Positions 37,654 through 47,395 of a stretch of 64,000 nt of DNA are shown piece after piece. Source of the stretch: an uncultured Anaerolineales bacterium (GTDB lineage: Bacteria; Chloroflexota; Anaerolineae; Anaerolineales; RBG-16-64-43); the NCBI GenBank assembly GCA_964353865.1, contig CAYGXJ010000004.1:10782-74781 (forward strand), given 5' to 3'. Numbering within the stretch: the first letter of the stretch is position 1; each line of letters begins with the position of its first letter. The notes beneath the pieces are model-generated. The model was given only the letters and a program-made list of their open reading frames with translations. It was not told where the DNA came from and did no database searches. The position numbers and the translations under genes were made by a program.

Positions 37654-38163
37654 CTAGACCTCCTCGATCAGGCGCGACAGCACCTGACGGACGGAGGCCG
37701 CCCGCGTACCGACGCAGGGCAATGCGGCGCCCTCCGCTCCGGGCGCCACCGCCTGCTGCACTGTGCGCAGCGAGGCAGCCCCGGGGATGTCCTGCTTGTT
37801 GGCCGCAACCATGAAGGGGACTCCGAGCGCGGCAAACCGCGCGAGCAGCTCGCGCGCACCGGCGAAGCTTCCGGGCGCGGTCGAATCCACGATCAATAGC
37901 ACCGCATCGGTTTCCGCGGAGAGAATATCCCACATGAAATCGAATCGCTCCTGGCCGGGTGTGCCGGTCAGGTGCACCACAGTGTCGCCCAGCGTGACCC
38001 GGCCGTAATCCATGGCCACGGTGGTATGGTCCTTGCCGTCACCCCCCACGCGAGTCAACCGCCGCTCGGTGGAGACGACTTCGATTTCGGAAATGGTCCG
38101 CACCAGGCACGATTTGCCCGCTCCAAAAGGTCCGGTCACGAGTACCTTGACGTGTCGGGTCAT
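37654..38163 (-). CDS. small Ras-like GTPase (conservon CvnD / COG2229-like)
   Basis: G1 GPFGAGKS, G3 GTPGQERF, G4 NKQD. 169 aa. One nucleotide separates its stop from the UbiA start. Confidence 0.8.
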   Translation of the reverse strand: MTRHVKVLVTGPFGAGKSCLVRTISEIEVVSTERRLTRVGGDGKDHTTVAMDYGRVTLGDTVVHLTGTPGQERFDFMWDILSAETDAVLLIVDSTAPGSFAGARELLARFAALGVPFMVAANKQDIPGAASLRTVQQAVAPGAEGAALPCVGTRAASVRQVLSRLIEEV

Positions 38164-38169
38164 TCCTGC

Positions 38170-38928
38170 TCACTTCTCTGCCGGAGGTGCCGCGACGCTG
38201 TCCTCGCGACGGAAATCGAAAAAGCGGTATCCCACACCGTGCTCGGTGAGAATGTAGAGCGGGTGGGAGGGATTCTTTTCGAGCTTCTGCCGCAGATAGT
38301 TGATGTACAGGCGCAGGTAATGCGTCTCGCCGCGGTATTCATAGCCCCACACTTTGGCCAGCAGCTGGTCGTGGGGCACCACCCAACCCGCGTTCTGCAC
38401 CAAATGATAAAGCAAGCGAAATTCGGTCGGACGCAAGCGCACCAGCTTGCCCTCGACCCACACTTCGCGCCGGTCGAAATCCAGGCGCAACCGCTCGTCG
38501 ATCACCAGCGGGCCGGTTGCGCCGGGCTGCGGGCCCTCCAGCCGGCGCAACACGGCGCGGATGCGGCTGACGAGTTCGCGCGGGCTGAAAGGTTTGGTGA
38601 CGTAGTCGTCGGCACCCATCTCCAGGCCGCGCACGCGTTCGTTCTCCTCGCCCTTGGCCGTGACCATGATGACCGGCACGCTGGAAAACTCACGCATCAT
38701 TCCCAGCACTTCGAAGCCGTCCAGGTCGGGCAGCATCACGTCCAGCAAGACCAGGTCGGGCAGGTCGTTGCGCAGCCGCTCAAGCGCCTGGGTGCCGCTT
38801 GACGCCTCCGAAACCTGGAAGCCGTCGTGCTCCAGGTTCAGGCGGATGAAGCGAACCATGCGCGGTTCGTCATCGACCACCAGGATGCGTCGGCGCGGCG
38901 TCGCAGGCATCGTGCTACTCGCGCACAA
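38170..38928 (-). CDS. OmpR/PhoB-family response regulator (receiver + winged helix)
   Basis: ILVVDDE...DLVLLDVMLPDLDG...TAK. C-terminal LRPTEFRLL...GVGYRF. ATG 38910 is an alternative start. Confidence 0.85.
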   Translation of the reverse strand: MCASSTMPATPRRRILVVDDEPRMVRFIRLNLEHDGFQVSEASSGTQALERLRNDLPDLVLLDVMLPDLDGFEVLGMMREFSSVPVIMVTAKGEENERVRGLEMGADDYVTKPFSPRELVSRIRAVLRRLEGPQPGATGPLVIDERLRLDFDRREVWVEGKLVRLRPTEFRLLYHLVQNAGWVVPHDQLLAKVWGYEYRGETHYLRLYINYLRQKLEKNPSHPLYILTEHGVGYRFFDFRREDSVAAPPAEK

Positions 38929-39157
38929 ACGTCACCAGCCGCTCCTCGGCCTCGCCCGGCAGGACCTCGATGAAGGCGACGCGGCTGGCTGCCCAAATCA
39001 CGGTGGAGACGTTCTCCTGCAAGTAGGGCAGGTCCTTGCCGTCGCGTCGGCGCGGGTGATGGACGGTGAGGAAGGTGGCCGTGGCAGGCGGCATGTCGTC
39101 CATCTCCGCCATCACCGCCTCCTCGTTGACCAGATGCACCAGCACGGTGATCGACAT
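38915..39157 (-). CDS. hypothetical 80-aa protein
   Basis: ORF wedged between the FHA gene (14-nt gap) and the regulator (overlap or 4-nt gap). No motif recognised by eye. Confidence 0.5.
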   Translation of the reverse strand: MSITVLVHLVNEEAVMAEMDDMPPATATFLTVHHPRRRDGKDLPYLQENVSTVIWAASRVAFIEVLPGEAEERLVTFVRE

Positions 39158-39171
39158 CCGCGCCTCCGGGG

Positions 39172-39678
39172 CTAGACCTTGCGGAACACCTGGACCTTGA
39201 GGCTGCCCAGGCTGATCGTATCGTTCTCGCTGAGCGGCATGGGTCTCTCGGGGGTCAAACGCGTGCCGTTGAGGAAGGTGCCGTTGGCACTCCCCAGGTC
39301 TACCACCACAAGCGAATCCCCCTCGTAGCGCAGGTGGCAGTGCAGCCGTGAGACGCCCTTCTCGTGGGCACCGTAGCGGTTGAGGTCGATATCTGGCAGG
39401 ATGGCCTGGGTTGGTTCCGCCCGGCCCAGAATGTAGTCCTGCTGGCCGCGCAGCGGAATGGCAACCGTACTGCCCATCACCCGCACGGCAATCGAATCCT
39501 GGCGGGTGAGCAGGGCCGGGCCTTGAGTTGGGCGAGGCTTGGTGGTGATTTCTTCGGCCTCGTCGACGGGCAAGGAGACGGTCGGTGAGGCGGCGTCCTC
39601 ATCCACCATCAACCCGCACTCGGGGCAGAAGAGCGTGCCCAAAAAGAGGGAGGCCTTGCAACGCTGGCAGGTGATCAC
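39172..39678 (-). CDS. zinc-ribbon + FHA domain protein
   Basis: N-terminal CQRC...CPEC. C-terminal FHA (GRA...ISRLHC...DLGSANGTFLNG). 4-nt overlap with the vWA gene. Confidence 0.85.
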   Translation of the reverse strand: MITCQRCKASLFLGTLFCPECGLMVDEDAASPTVSLPVDEAEEITTKPRPTQGPALLTRQDSIAVRVMGSTVAIPLRGQQDYILGRAEPTQAILPDIDLNRYGAHEKGVSRLHCHLRYEGDSLVVVDLGSANGTFLNGTRLTPERPMPLSENDTISLGSLKVQVFRKV

Positions 39679-40937
39679 CGCGGCCCCTCCGCGTGCGCTT
39701 CGAGCAGCGCGCGCGTCCCATACTTGACCCGCTTCTGCCCGCGCTCGGTCAGCTTGTGATCTTGGGCCAGCGCTTCGGCCTCGGCGATCACCGACTGCGC
39801 GAGTTCTCCTTGCCCGATCTCCAGCAGCTGGGTCGCCAGGCGGTTGAGCCGCCGCGTGCCCAGTTCGGCGTCGCCCGAGCGTGCGTCGGCCAGCGCCTTT
39901 TCCTGCAAATGATACAGGTTCACGCTGCGGGCCGCGGTGAGCAACTGGCCCGAGATCGGCGCGGGCGCGGCCTCTTTGAGCACCGGGAATGACAGCGCCA
40001 ACGAGGACTTGAGGTGCAGGTTGGTCTGCGCTAGGTGCGCGCTAAAATGCATCGTGCACACCTCGAAGGAAGCCAGCGGCTCGGGGATGGTGGAAACGAC
40101 GAACTGCAACAACAGCGACAGACTTGTGCCGCTGAAGAGCGATCCCAGGCGCAGCGTCGTCCCCCCGGGCAGCGGCGTGGGCGCGGGCGAGGTGCGGAAG
40201 GACGACTGTAGCATGACGCCCGGCGCAGGATCGATGGCCAACGAGATCTGGTCGGCGTAGACCAGCCCTAGTTCGCGGAACTTCTGTTTGAGCATCCGGT
40301 TGAGGGTGGAGACGTCCTCGATGTAGACCGCTTGGCCGCCCGTCTTGGAGGCCAACGCATCCAGGAAGATGTCGTTCCACGCTTCGCCCACCCCGATGGC
40401 CGTAATCTCGATTCCTTCGAGCGCGGCTTCGTCGGCCAAGTCCATGCAAGCTTGCTCATCGCCATAGGTGCGGCCGTCGGTGATCAGAATCAGGTGGTCT
40501 ATGGTTCCGCCGACCGCCCCACGGCGTACCTCTTCCATGCCGGCCCGCAGCCCCTTGAGAATCTCAGTGGCACCGCTGGTCTGGATTTCCGAGAGGCGGC
40601 TGTTGGCCGCGGTCGGAGAGAGGTGGGCATCGGAGGGGATGAGGAGTTCGGCCTTGTCGCTGAAAGTCACCAGGCCGAAACGGTCTTGCGGGCGAAGCAG
40701 GCGAATGACTTCGACCGCCGACGAGCGGGCGGTATCCAGGCGCTCGCCGGTCATGGAGGTCGACCGGTCAAGCACCAGGCACATGTTCAGTGGCGGGGCG
40801 GGCAACGCGTCGTCGCGCGCCGGCGGGCGGACCGCGATGTGCGTGTAGAGGACCTGCGCCTCGGTGTGCACTTGCAGCGCAGTCCGGCTGTGGTTGAGGT
40901 CGACGACGAACGGCTCGGCCGGGGCAGCGCTAGTCAT
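39675..40937 (-). CDS. cytoplasmic von Willebrand factor A (vWA) domain protein
   Basis: MIDAS motif DRSTSM, then LITDGRT. No signal peptide. ATGA overlap with the PP2C stop. The ORF-track N-extension was rejected. Confidence 0.8.
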   Translation of the reverse strand: MTSAAPAEPFVVDLNHSRTALQVHTEAQVLYTHIAVRPPARDDALPAPPLNMCLVLDRSTSMTGERLDTARSSAVEVIRLLRPQDRFGLVTFSDKAELLIPSDAHLSPTAANSRLSEIQTSGATEILKGLRAGMEEVRRGAVGGTIDHLILITDGRTYGDEQACMDLADEAALEGIEITAIGVGEAWNDIFLDALASKTGGQAVYIEDVSTLNRMLKQKFRELGLVYADQISLAIDPAPGVMLQSSFRTSPAPTPLPGGTTLRLGSLFSGTSLSLLLQFVVSTIPEPLASFEVCTMHFSAHLAQTNLHLKSSLALSFPVLKEAAPAPISGQLLTAARSVNLYHLQEKALADARSGDAELGTRRLNRLATQLLEIGQGELAQSVIAEAEALAQDHKLTERGQKRVKYGTRALLEAHAEGPR

Positions 40938-41806
40938 CGCAGGCCTGCCAGCTCCACACAAATGACGGAGATGTTGTCGGGTCCGCCGGCGGCGTTCGCG
41001 AGTTGCACCAGCGCATCGCACGCGGCTTGGGGTGTGTCGCTGTTGGCCATCGTCTCCTGGATGCGCGCATCGTCCAGCGGGCCCCACAGGCCGTCGGAGC
41101 ACAACATCAGACGCGCCCCCGGCTCCCAGGGCAGGGTCAGGAACTCCGGCTCGAGTTCGTCTGTCTGCCCGATGGCGCGCAGCAAGACATTGCGCTGAGC
41201 GAAGCGGGTTGCTTCATCCGGGGTGATCTGGCCGATGTCGATCAAACGCTGCACCAGCGAGTGGTCGCGGGTGACCTGCTGGATCTGCGGCCCAACCATG
41301 TAAGCGCGGCTGTCGCCAACGTGGGCCAGGAACAGCTGGTTAGAGAACATCAGCGCCGCGGTGAGGGTCGTGCCGCTGCCCGGGAAGTGGCGCAGCACCG
41401 ACTGATTGGCCGCGATCATTGCCCCTTGCAGTATCTCTTGGATGGATAACTGCTCCTCGCCGCCCGATCCGCCGAGCCAGAGTGTGGTGAAGTGGGTCAG
41501 CACGTGGCGGGCGAAAGTTTGCGCGGCCAAGCGGCTGGCGCGCTCGCCCAGCTCGTGCCCGCCCATGCCGTCGGCCACAAGGAACAGGCCGAAGTAGGGC
41601 AGGGTGCTGTCGGCCTGCTGCAGCCCGGTGAGCGCGATGAGCGAATCCTCGTTGGCGGTGCGCACACGGCCAACGTCGTGACCGATGCCCACGTGGAATA
41701 TCGGCGGTCCGCTCGAGAGCGCCGCCGTCTTCTCGGACCCGGGGGCGTCGGCGGATGGGGGTGGTGTGTCGGGAGACAAGGATGCAGCCTCGGCTGGTTT
41801 AGACAT
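40934..41806 (-). CDS. PP2C-family Ser/Thr protein phosphatase
   Basis: RTANEDS, LFLVADGMGGH, GDSR, LCSDGL, DNISV motifs. 8-nt overlap with the kinase stop. Confidence 0.85.
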   Translation of the reverse strand: MSKPAEAASLSPDTPPPSADAPGSEKTAALSSGPPIFHVGIGHDVGRVRTANEDSLIALTGLQQADSTLPYFGLFLVADGMGGHELGERASRLAAQTFARHVLTHFTTLWLGGSGGEEQLSIQEILQGAMIAANQSVLRHFPGSGTTLTAALMFSNQLFLAHVGDSRAYMVGPQIQQVTRDHSLVQRLIDIGQITPDEATRFAQRNVLLRAIGQTDELEPEFLTLPWEPGARLMLCSDGLWGPLDDARIQETMANSDTPQAACDALVQLANAAGGPDNISVICVELAGLR

Positions 41807-43709
41807 TGGCTGAGAGCGCGTAGAGCGTGTGGTCGCTCGAACCGAAAAAGACACAGGTCTCATTGGCCGCGGGAGCACCCGTGATGGGGCCGCCGCTCTT
41901 GAATTTCCATCGCAGGCGGCCGCTGGCCAACTCTAGACAGTATAGATAGCCGTCGACTGAGCCGCAATAGACAAGTCCCTTGTGAATAAGTGGCGTCCCG
42001 GTGACCTGGTCTTCCGTCTCGAAGCGCCAGCGCTCGCGGCTGCTGCGCAAGTCGGCCGCGTATATCCGCCCGTCGGCGGAGCCGAAGACCACCACGCCTT
42101 CGGCGATGGCTGGCGACGAGACAATCGAATGCCCGGTGCGGAAGCGCCAGATGACCCAGCCGGAGGTCGAATCCACGGCGTACAAGACCCAGTCCACCGA
42201 ACCGAACAGGACCATGCCGTCGGCTTCGGCCGGCGAGGAGAGAACCGCCCGTTTGGCATGAAACTGCCACTTGATCTCGCCGCGCAAGCTGAGTGCATAG
42301 ACGTCGCCCGAGTCGCTGCCGAAGTAAATTCGGTCACCCACCACCAGGGCCGTCGAGCGAACCGGCGCTCCGGTGTCGCACTTCCAAACCCGCCGGCCGG
42401 TGAGCGCCTGGACTGCATGCAGCGCTCCGTCGTCGGAGCCGATGAAGACGTGCTCGACCGCCACCCGCGGCGAGGCGCGGATCGGGCGCTCGGTGTAATA
42501 CGTCCACATCATGCGCCCGGTCTGCAGGCTGACGGCGTGCAGGCGTTGGTCTTCCGAGCCCACATAGACTGTGTCGTCGCCGACCTCCGGCCGTCCGGGG
42601 ATGCCGCCCTCGGTGGGGTATTTCCACTTAAGCTCCCCATGCTCGGCGTTGAGCGCGTACAGGTTGTTATCGTAAGCGCCGACCAGCAGCAAGTCGCGCG
42701 CCAGGAGAGGCGTGCCGCGCACTTCATCTTCGCACTCGAAAACCCATTCCACCTTGGGGGCGCCGGGCTGGTCGGCGACGCTCGAGCGACCTGGGGCCTC
42801 CACCACGGGCTGGGGGGCCGCAAACACCGCGACGGTCGTGTTGATCGATTGGGCCAGTGCCTCGCCCATCGAGTGCGCATCCGCAAAGCGCGCCTTGGGG
42901 TCGTAGGCCAAAGCCTTCTCCACCACCGCCACCACCGCGGGCGGGACCTCCGGCCGAATCTGAGGGATGGGCCGGTCGCCCCAGGTGAAGGGCGGCTCGA
43001 GGCGCGGGTCGCGCCGCGTGAGCAGGTGGTGGAGCGTGGCGCCCAGGGCGTAAACATCGGAAAGCGGACCCGCCTCGCCGCGGTATTGCTCGGGCGGTGA
43101 GTAACCTTCGGTGCCGATCATCGTGCCCTTGTGGTCGGGGGCGAAGAGCTTGGCGATCCCGAAATCCACCAGACGCAGGATGCCGTTCTCATCGATCATG
43201 ACATTGGAGGGCTTCATGTCGCGGAAGATGATCGGCGGCGTGTGATTGTGCAGGTAGTTGAGAACGTCGCACAGCTCGATACTCCATCCGACAACCTTCT
43301 CAACCGGCAGGCCGTCCGGGGCCTGCTCCAGGATGCCCTCCAGATCCCCGCCGGTGATGAACTCCATCACCAGGAAGGAGCGCTCGCCGATGGTGAAGTA
43401 ATCGTAGATGCGCGGAATGGCCGGGTGGGTGAGCGTGGCCAGCAGGTTGGCTTCACGTTCGAAGCTTGAAAGGACAGCCTCGAGCATGGCGGCATCCTGG
43501 CTCGAGTGGAGAAGCTCCTTCACCGCCACCAGGCGGGTGATGTTGGGGAAGCGCAGGTCGCGTGCCTGATAGACGGCGCTCATCCCGCCCCGCCCGAGTT
43601 TGCGCAGCACGCTGTAGCGGCTCTCGAGCACCGTCCCCTGGCTGAGCGAGGCGGTACCGGTGCGCGCTGGCCCCAGGGGGGCGGTCATCGGATCGGTGGC
43701 CAGAGGCAA
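41799..43709 (-). CDS. Ser/Thr protein kinase with C-terminal PQQ-like (BamB-like) beta-propeller
   Basis: Kinase motifs GRGGMS, VAVKEL, FRDMKPSN, DFGIAK, GTEGYSPPE. Then 7-8 repeats of the L(Y/H)A(L/V)....G...W.(F/Y) type. No TM segment between the domains. TTG start per the ORF track. Confidence 0.85.
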   Translation of the reverse strand: MPLATDPMTAPLGPARTGTASLSQGTVLESRYSVLRKLGRGGMSAVYQARDLRFPNITRLVAVKELLHSSQDAAMLEAVLSSFEREANLLATLTHPAIPRIYDYFTIGERSFLVMEFITGGDLEGILEQAPDGLPVEKVVGWSIELCDVLNYLHNHTPPIIFRDMKPSNVMIDENGILRLVDFGIAKLFAPDHKGTMIGTEGYSPPEQYRGEAGPLSDVYALGATLHHLLTRRDPRLEPPFTWGDRPIPQIRPEVPPAVVAVVEKALAYDPKARFADAHSMGEALAQSINTTVAVFAAPQPVVEAPGRSSVADQPGAPKVEWVFECEDEVRGTPLLARDLLLVGAYDNNLYALNAEHGELKWKYPTEGGIPGRPEVGDDTVYVGSEDQRLHAVSLQTGRMMWTYYTERPIRASPRVAVEHVFIGSDDGALHAVQALTGRRVWKCDTGAPVRSTALVVGDRIYFGSDSGDVYALSLRGEIKWQFHAKRAVLSSPAEADGMVLFGSVDWVLYAVDSTSGWVIWRFRTGHSIVSSPAIAEGVVVFGSADGRIYAADLRSSRERWRFETEDQVTGTPLIHKGLVYCGSVDGYLYCLELASGRLRWKFKSGGPITGAPAANETCVFFGSSDHTLYALSANV

Positions 43710-43752
43710 GACTCCTTCACGCCGTGCAGCTAGAGCGCCACGGTCTTAGTTG

Positions 43753-43781
43753 ATTATAAGCACGGGCCGCACGCCCCGCAA
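43753..43781 (-). promoter_or_regulatory. promoter-like TTGCGG-17nt-TATAAT (minus strand) upstream of the kinase operon
   Basis: Read on the minus strand. The -10 lies about 44 nt upstream of the kinase start. A GAAGGAG sits just before the start. Confidence 0.4.
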
Positions 43782-43894
43782 GCCTCACCGCGGTGCGAGG
43801 CCGATCCAAGGGCGGGCGCGTCGTAGCCTGTGCATTCACCTGGCTGCAGGCACGAGGCGGGTCACCTGCGCGCGCCACGGCCGGGTGCAGGTCG

Positions 43895-46800
43895 CTATCC
43901 GCCCGGTGGAGCGGCCGAGATTTTCCACCTTCGCACCCATTCCAGGGCGCGCGTGAGCGCGGGCTTCCACTCCGTGGCCGGGACGGCGGCGGGCATGTAC
44001 AACGCACCCCGGCTGTAGCGCATCCCTAAGGGAACCTCACCGGGCTCAAGGCCCTGCGGCAGGTAAATGCGCAGCACCAAATTGCGGTTCTCCATGGACA
44101 CGCTCTCGACGCCGGCCTCCAGCGCTTTCACCTTGACGCGCAGCTGGTAGAGCAAGTGCTCCACCGCCTCCGGCAGCGCACCGAAGCGGTCCTCCATTTC
44201 CTGGGCCAGGGCGAGCACCTCGCCCTCGCGAGTCAGGTCCGCCATGCGCCGGTAGAGCCGCAGGCGAGCTTCGCGGCTGGGCACGTACTCATCGGGGATC
44301 GAGGCGTTGAGTGGCAAGTCCACGCTGACCAGGCCAGCTTCCAACCCGGGCAGCACGCCCTCACCCTGATCGCGCGCGCGACGGACGGCCTGGGCCAGGA
44401 GGCGCGTGTAGAGGTGGAAGCCGATGGCGGCGATGTGACCGTGCTGGCGCGCGCCGAGGATCTCGCCCGCGCCGCGAATTTCCAGATCGCGCATGGCGAT
44501 GCTGTACCCGGCGCCCAACTCGGTTTGTTCGGCCAGCGTCTGCAATCGCTCGTGCGCCTCCGGCGTGGGACGATGGCGGCGTTCGGTGAAGAAGTAGGCG
44601 TAGCCGCGCATGGCGCTGCGCCCGACCCGCCCGCGCAATTGGTAAAGCTGGGCCAGGCCGAAGGTGTCGGCGCGCTCGACCACCAGCGTATTGGCCGAGG
44701 GGATATCCAGGCCCGACTCGATGATCGAGGTGCACAGCAGCACGTCCACTTTGCGGGCCAGGAAGGCGGCCATGGCTCGCTCCAACTCGTGTTCGTGCAT
44801 CTGGCCGTGGGCGACAACCAACCGTGCCTCGGGAATGATCCGCTCCAGGCGCTGGCGTGCCGCGAGGATGGTCTCGACGCGATTGTGCACGTAGAACACC
44901 TGCCCGCCGCGATCGAGCTCGCGCAAGATGGCCTTGCGCACCGCGCCCTCAGAATAGGCACCCACGCTGGTCACGACGGGCAGGCGCTCTTGGGGCGGCG
45001 TGTCGATGGTGGAGATGTCGCGCACGCCGGTGAGTGAGAGGTACAACGTGCGCGGGATGGGCGTGGCCGTGAGAGTCAGGACGTCGACTTCAGTGCGCAG
45101 TTGCTTGAGATACTCTTTGTGAGCCACTCCGAAGCGCTGCTCTTCGTCGATGACCACCAGTCCGAGGTCTTTGAAGCGCACGTCTCGTTGCAGCAGGCGA
45201 TGCGTGCCGATGACCACGTCCACCCGGCCCTCGGCCAATTCGCCAAGCACGGCCTGCTGTTCGGCCGGCGTGCGAAAGCGCGAGAGCATTTCCACGCGGG
45301 CCGGGAAGGGTAGCAGGCGCTGGGCAAAGGTCTGCGCGTGCTGTTGGGCGAGCAGGGTGGTGGGCACGAGCACCGCCACCTGACGCCCGGACATCACGGC
45401 CTTGAAGGCCGCGCGCAGCGCGACTTCGGTTTTGCCATAGCCCACGTCGCCGCAGATCAAGCGATCCATCGGCCGCGTGGATTCCATGTCGCGTTTGACG
45501 GCTTGGATGGCCAGAAGCTGGTCTTCGGTCTCGACGTAGGGGAACGAGGCTTCCAGCTCCTGCTGCCATGGGCTATCGGGGCCGAACGCGATTCCCTGGG
45601 CGGCTTGACGACGCGCGTACAGATCGAGCAGCTCGCGGGCGATATCTTCGACGGCATGCCGTGCCCGCTCGCGAGCCAGTCCCCATTCTGCGGTGCCGAG
45701 ACGCGACAGCGTGGGTGGATGCTCGTCCGCCCCGACATAACGCGTGAGGCGGTCCACTTGATGGACCGGGACGAAAACCTGATCGCCCCCGGCGAACTCC
45801 ACCTGCAAATACTCACGCGAGGTGCTCTCCACTGTGCGGCGAACCAGGCCCGCGAATTGCCCGATGCCGTACTCGACGTGCACAACGAAATCTTCGGGAT
45901 TGAGATCGGCGTACTCGGCTTCCGGAGGCAGTGCCGCGGCCCGCGCACGGCGGCGCGGTTCAGGTCGAACCCAACCGAAGATCTCGCCGTCGCTCAGCAG
46001 GTGCAGGGCCGTCTCATCCGCCAGACGAACCACGAACCCTTCCTGCAAGCCGCCGGTCGTCATGGTTGCCGCGCCGGGAGGCGGCAGCTCGATCACCTGC
46101 TCGTCGGCAAGCAGCGCGCGGGGAGCCTCTCCAGATCGCTCGCTCCACAATTCCGCGAGGCGGGCCGCTTGACGCGAGACGAGGATTGTGCGCGCGGAGG
46201 AATCATCCAATTCTTCGAGATGATCGAGCAGGGGTTTGATTTGCCCGCCGAAGCGAGGACCAGGCGAGAAGGCCTCGCCGAGCGGGATTTGCACGGCCGC
46301 CTCGGGATAAGAGGCCAACACGAGCGTCGCCTGCGATTCGGTCGCCTCGCGCAGGTGATCCCAGGTGAGATGCGCCAAGGGCGCGCGCGCGTTCAACCAT
46401 CCGGCGGCCTCTGCCTCGGCGCGCAATTGAAGCGCCTGGGTTTCCCATTCGGCCGAGGTGTCTTCTGCTTCCTGGTAGTCGTCGAAGACCAGCAGCGCGC
46501 CGGGCGGGAGATGGTCCAGCACGCTGGCCGGCGGGTAGACCCAAGGCGCGTAGAACTCGGGGCCCGGCGCGAGGGGCGCCTCCGCGGTGTCGGCGCCCGA
46601 GTTGACGTTCGGCCAATCGCAGGGTGCCGCCTCGCGGCGCGCGCTGAGGTCGCGCTCGAGCACTTCGCGCGCAGGTGCAACCCTCACCGTGCCGATCTTC
46701 TCGGTCGATCGTTGTGTCCCCGGGTCGAAGCGGCGCAAGGTGTCGATGTCGCCGCCGAAGAACTCGATGCGCACAGGTGAAGGTTCGGCAGGCGGCCACA

Positions 46801-47395
46801 CGTCGAGAATGCCGCCGCGCCGGCTGAATTGCCCCGGCTCGAGCACAAACGGTTCGTGGACATAACCCACGTCAGTCCAAGTGCGGACCAGGCTATCGAG
46901 CGAGGCCGCCCCGCCGGGTGACAGCTGACGGCAGGCACGCAGGAAGTCCTGCCGCGGCAGGGTAGGGGTCATCCAGGCGCGGAGCGAGGCCACCACAACC
47001 AGCGGGGCGCGCGGTTCGCGCGCAGGCAAGTTGTAGTCTGCGAGAAAGGCCAGCGTGGCCAGGCGTTCGCGAATCGTGCGCGGGCCCCAGGGCAGGGGTT
47101 CGTAGAAAAGCGTTGCGGGCTCGGCGAAGTTGAGCACACGGGCGTGCGGGTTCCAGGCGGCGAGGTCGTCGCGCACAGCCAGCGCGCGCTCGTTGCGCGC
47201 AACAAGCACGAACACGGGCGCCGGCCAGTGTGCTGCCAATGCGGCCACCAGCGCCGGGCGTGCGGCGCGCAACAGCCCCAGGGCAGCCGCCCCCGCGGGT
47301 CGAGGCGAATTTGAACTCGCCGCCTGGAGGTGTGCCACCATGGCCTCGAAGGGAGCCAGCTGTTCGATGGCCGGGAGCAGCCCGCTCAGATTCAC
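43895..47395 (-). CDS. mfd: transcription-repair coupling factor
   Basis: Helicase motifs GDVGYGKTE and DEEQRFG, plus TRG/CarD-like regions. GTG 47395 overlaps the pth stop (GTGA), giving about 1166 aa. The 1369-aa ORF-track version overlaps pth and was rejected. Confidence 0.9.
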   Translation of the reverse strand: MNLSGLLPAIEQLAPFEAMVAHLQAASSNSPRPAGAAALGLLRAARPALVAALAAHWPAPVFVLVARNERALAVRDDLAAWNPHARVLNFAEPATLFYEPLPWGPRTIRERLATLAFLADYNLPAREPRAPLVVVASLRAWMTPTLPRQDFLRACRQLSPGGAASLDSLVRTWTDVGYVHEPFVLEPGQFSRRGGILDVWPPAEPSPVRIEFFGGDIDTLRRFDPGTQRSTEKIGTVRVAPAREVLERDLSARREAAPCDWPNVNSGADTAEAPLAPGPEFYAPWVYPPASVLDHLPPGALLVFDDYQEAEDTSAEWETQALQLRAEAEAAGWLNARAPLAHLTWDHLREATESQATLVLASYPEAAVQIPLGEAFSPGPRFGGQIKPLLDHLEELDDSSARTILVSRQAARLAELWSERSGEAPRALLADEQVIELPPPGAATMTTGGLQEGFVVRLADETALHLLSDGEIFGWVRPEPRRRARAAALPPEAEYADLNPEDFVVHVEYGIGQFAGLVRRTVESTSREYLQVEFAGGDQVFVPVHQVDRLTRYVGADEHPPTLSRLGTAEWGLARERARHAVEDIARELLDLYARRQAAQGIAFGPDSPWQQELEASFPYVETEDQLLAIQAVKRDMESTRPMDRLICGDVGYGKTEVALRAAFKAVMSGRQVAVLVPTTLLAQQHAQTFAQRLLPFPARVEMLSRFRTPAEQQAVLGELAEGRVDVVIGTHRLLQRDVRFKDLGLVVIDEEQRFGVAHKEYLKQLRTEVDVLTLTATPIPRTLYLSLTGVRDISTIDTPPQERLPVVTSVGAYSEGAVRKAILRELDRGGQVFYVHNRVETILAARQRLERIIPEARLVVAHGQMHEHELERAMAAFLARKVDVLLCTSIIESGLDIPSANTLVVERADTFGLAQLYQLRGRVGRSAMRGYAYFFTERRHRPTPEAHERLQTLAEQTELGAGYSIAMRDLEIRGAGEILGARQHGHIAAIGFHLYTRLLAQAVRRARDQGEGVLPGLEAGLVSVDLPLNASIPDEYVPSREARLRLYRRMADLTREGEVLALAQEMEDRFGALPEAVEHLLYQLRVKVKALEAGVESVSMENRNLVLRIYLPQGLEPGEVPLGMRYSRGALYMPAAVPATEWKPALTRALEWVRRWKISAAPPGG

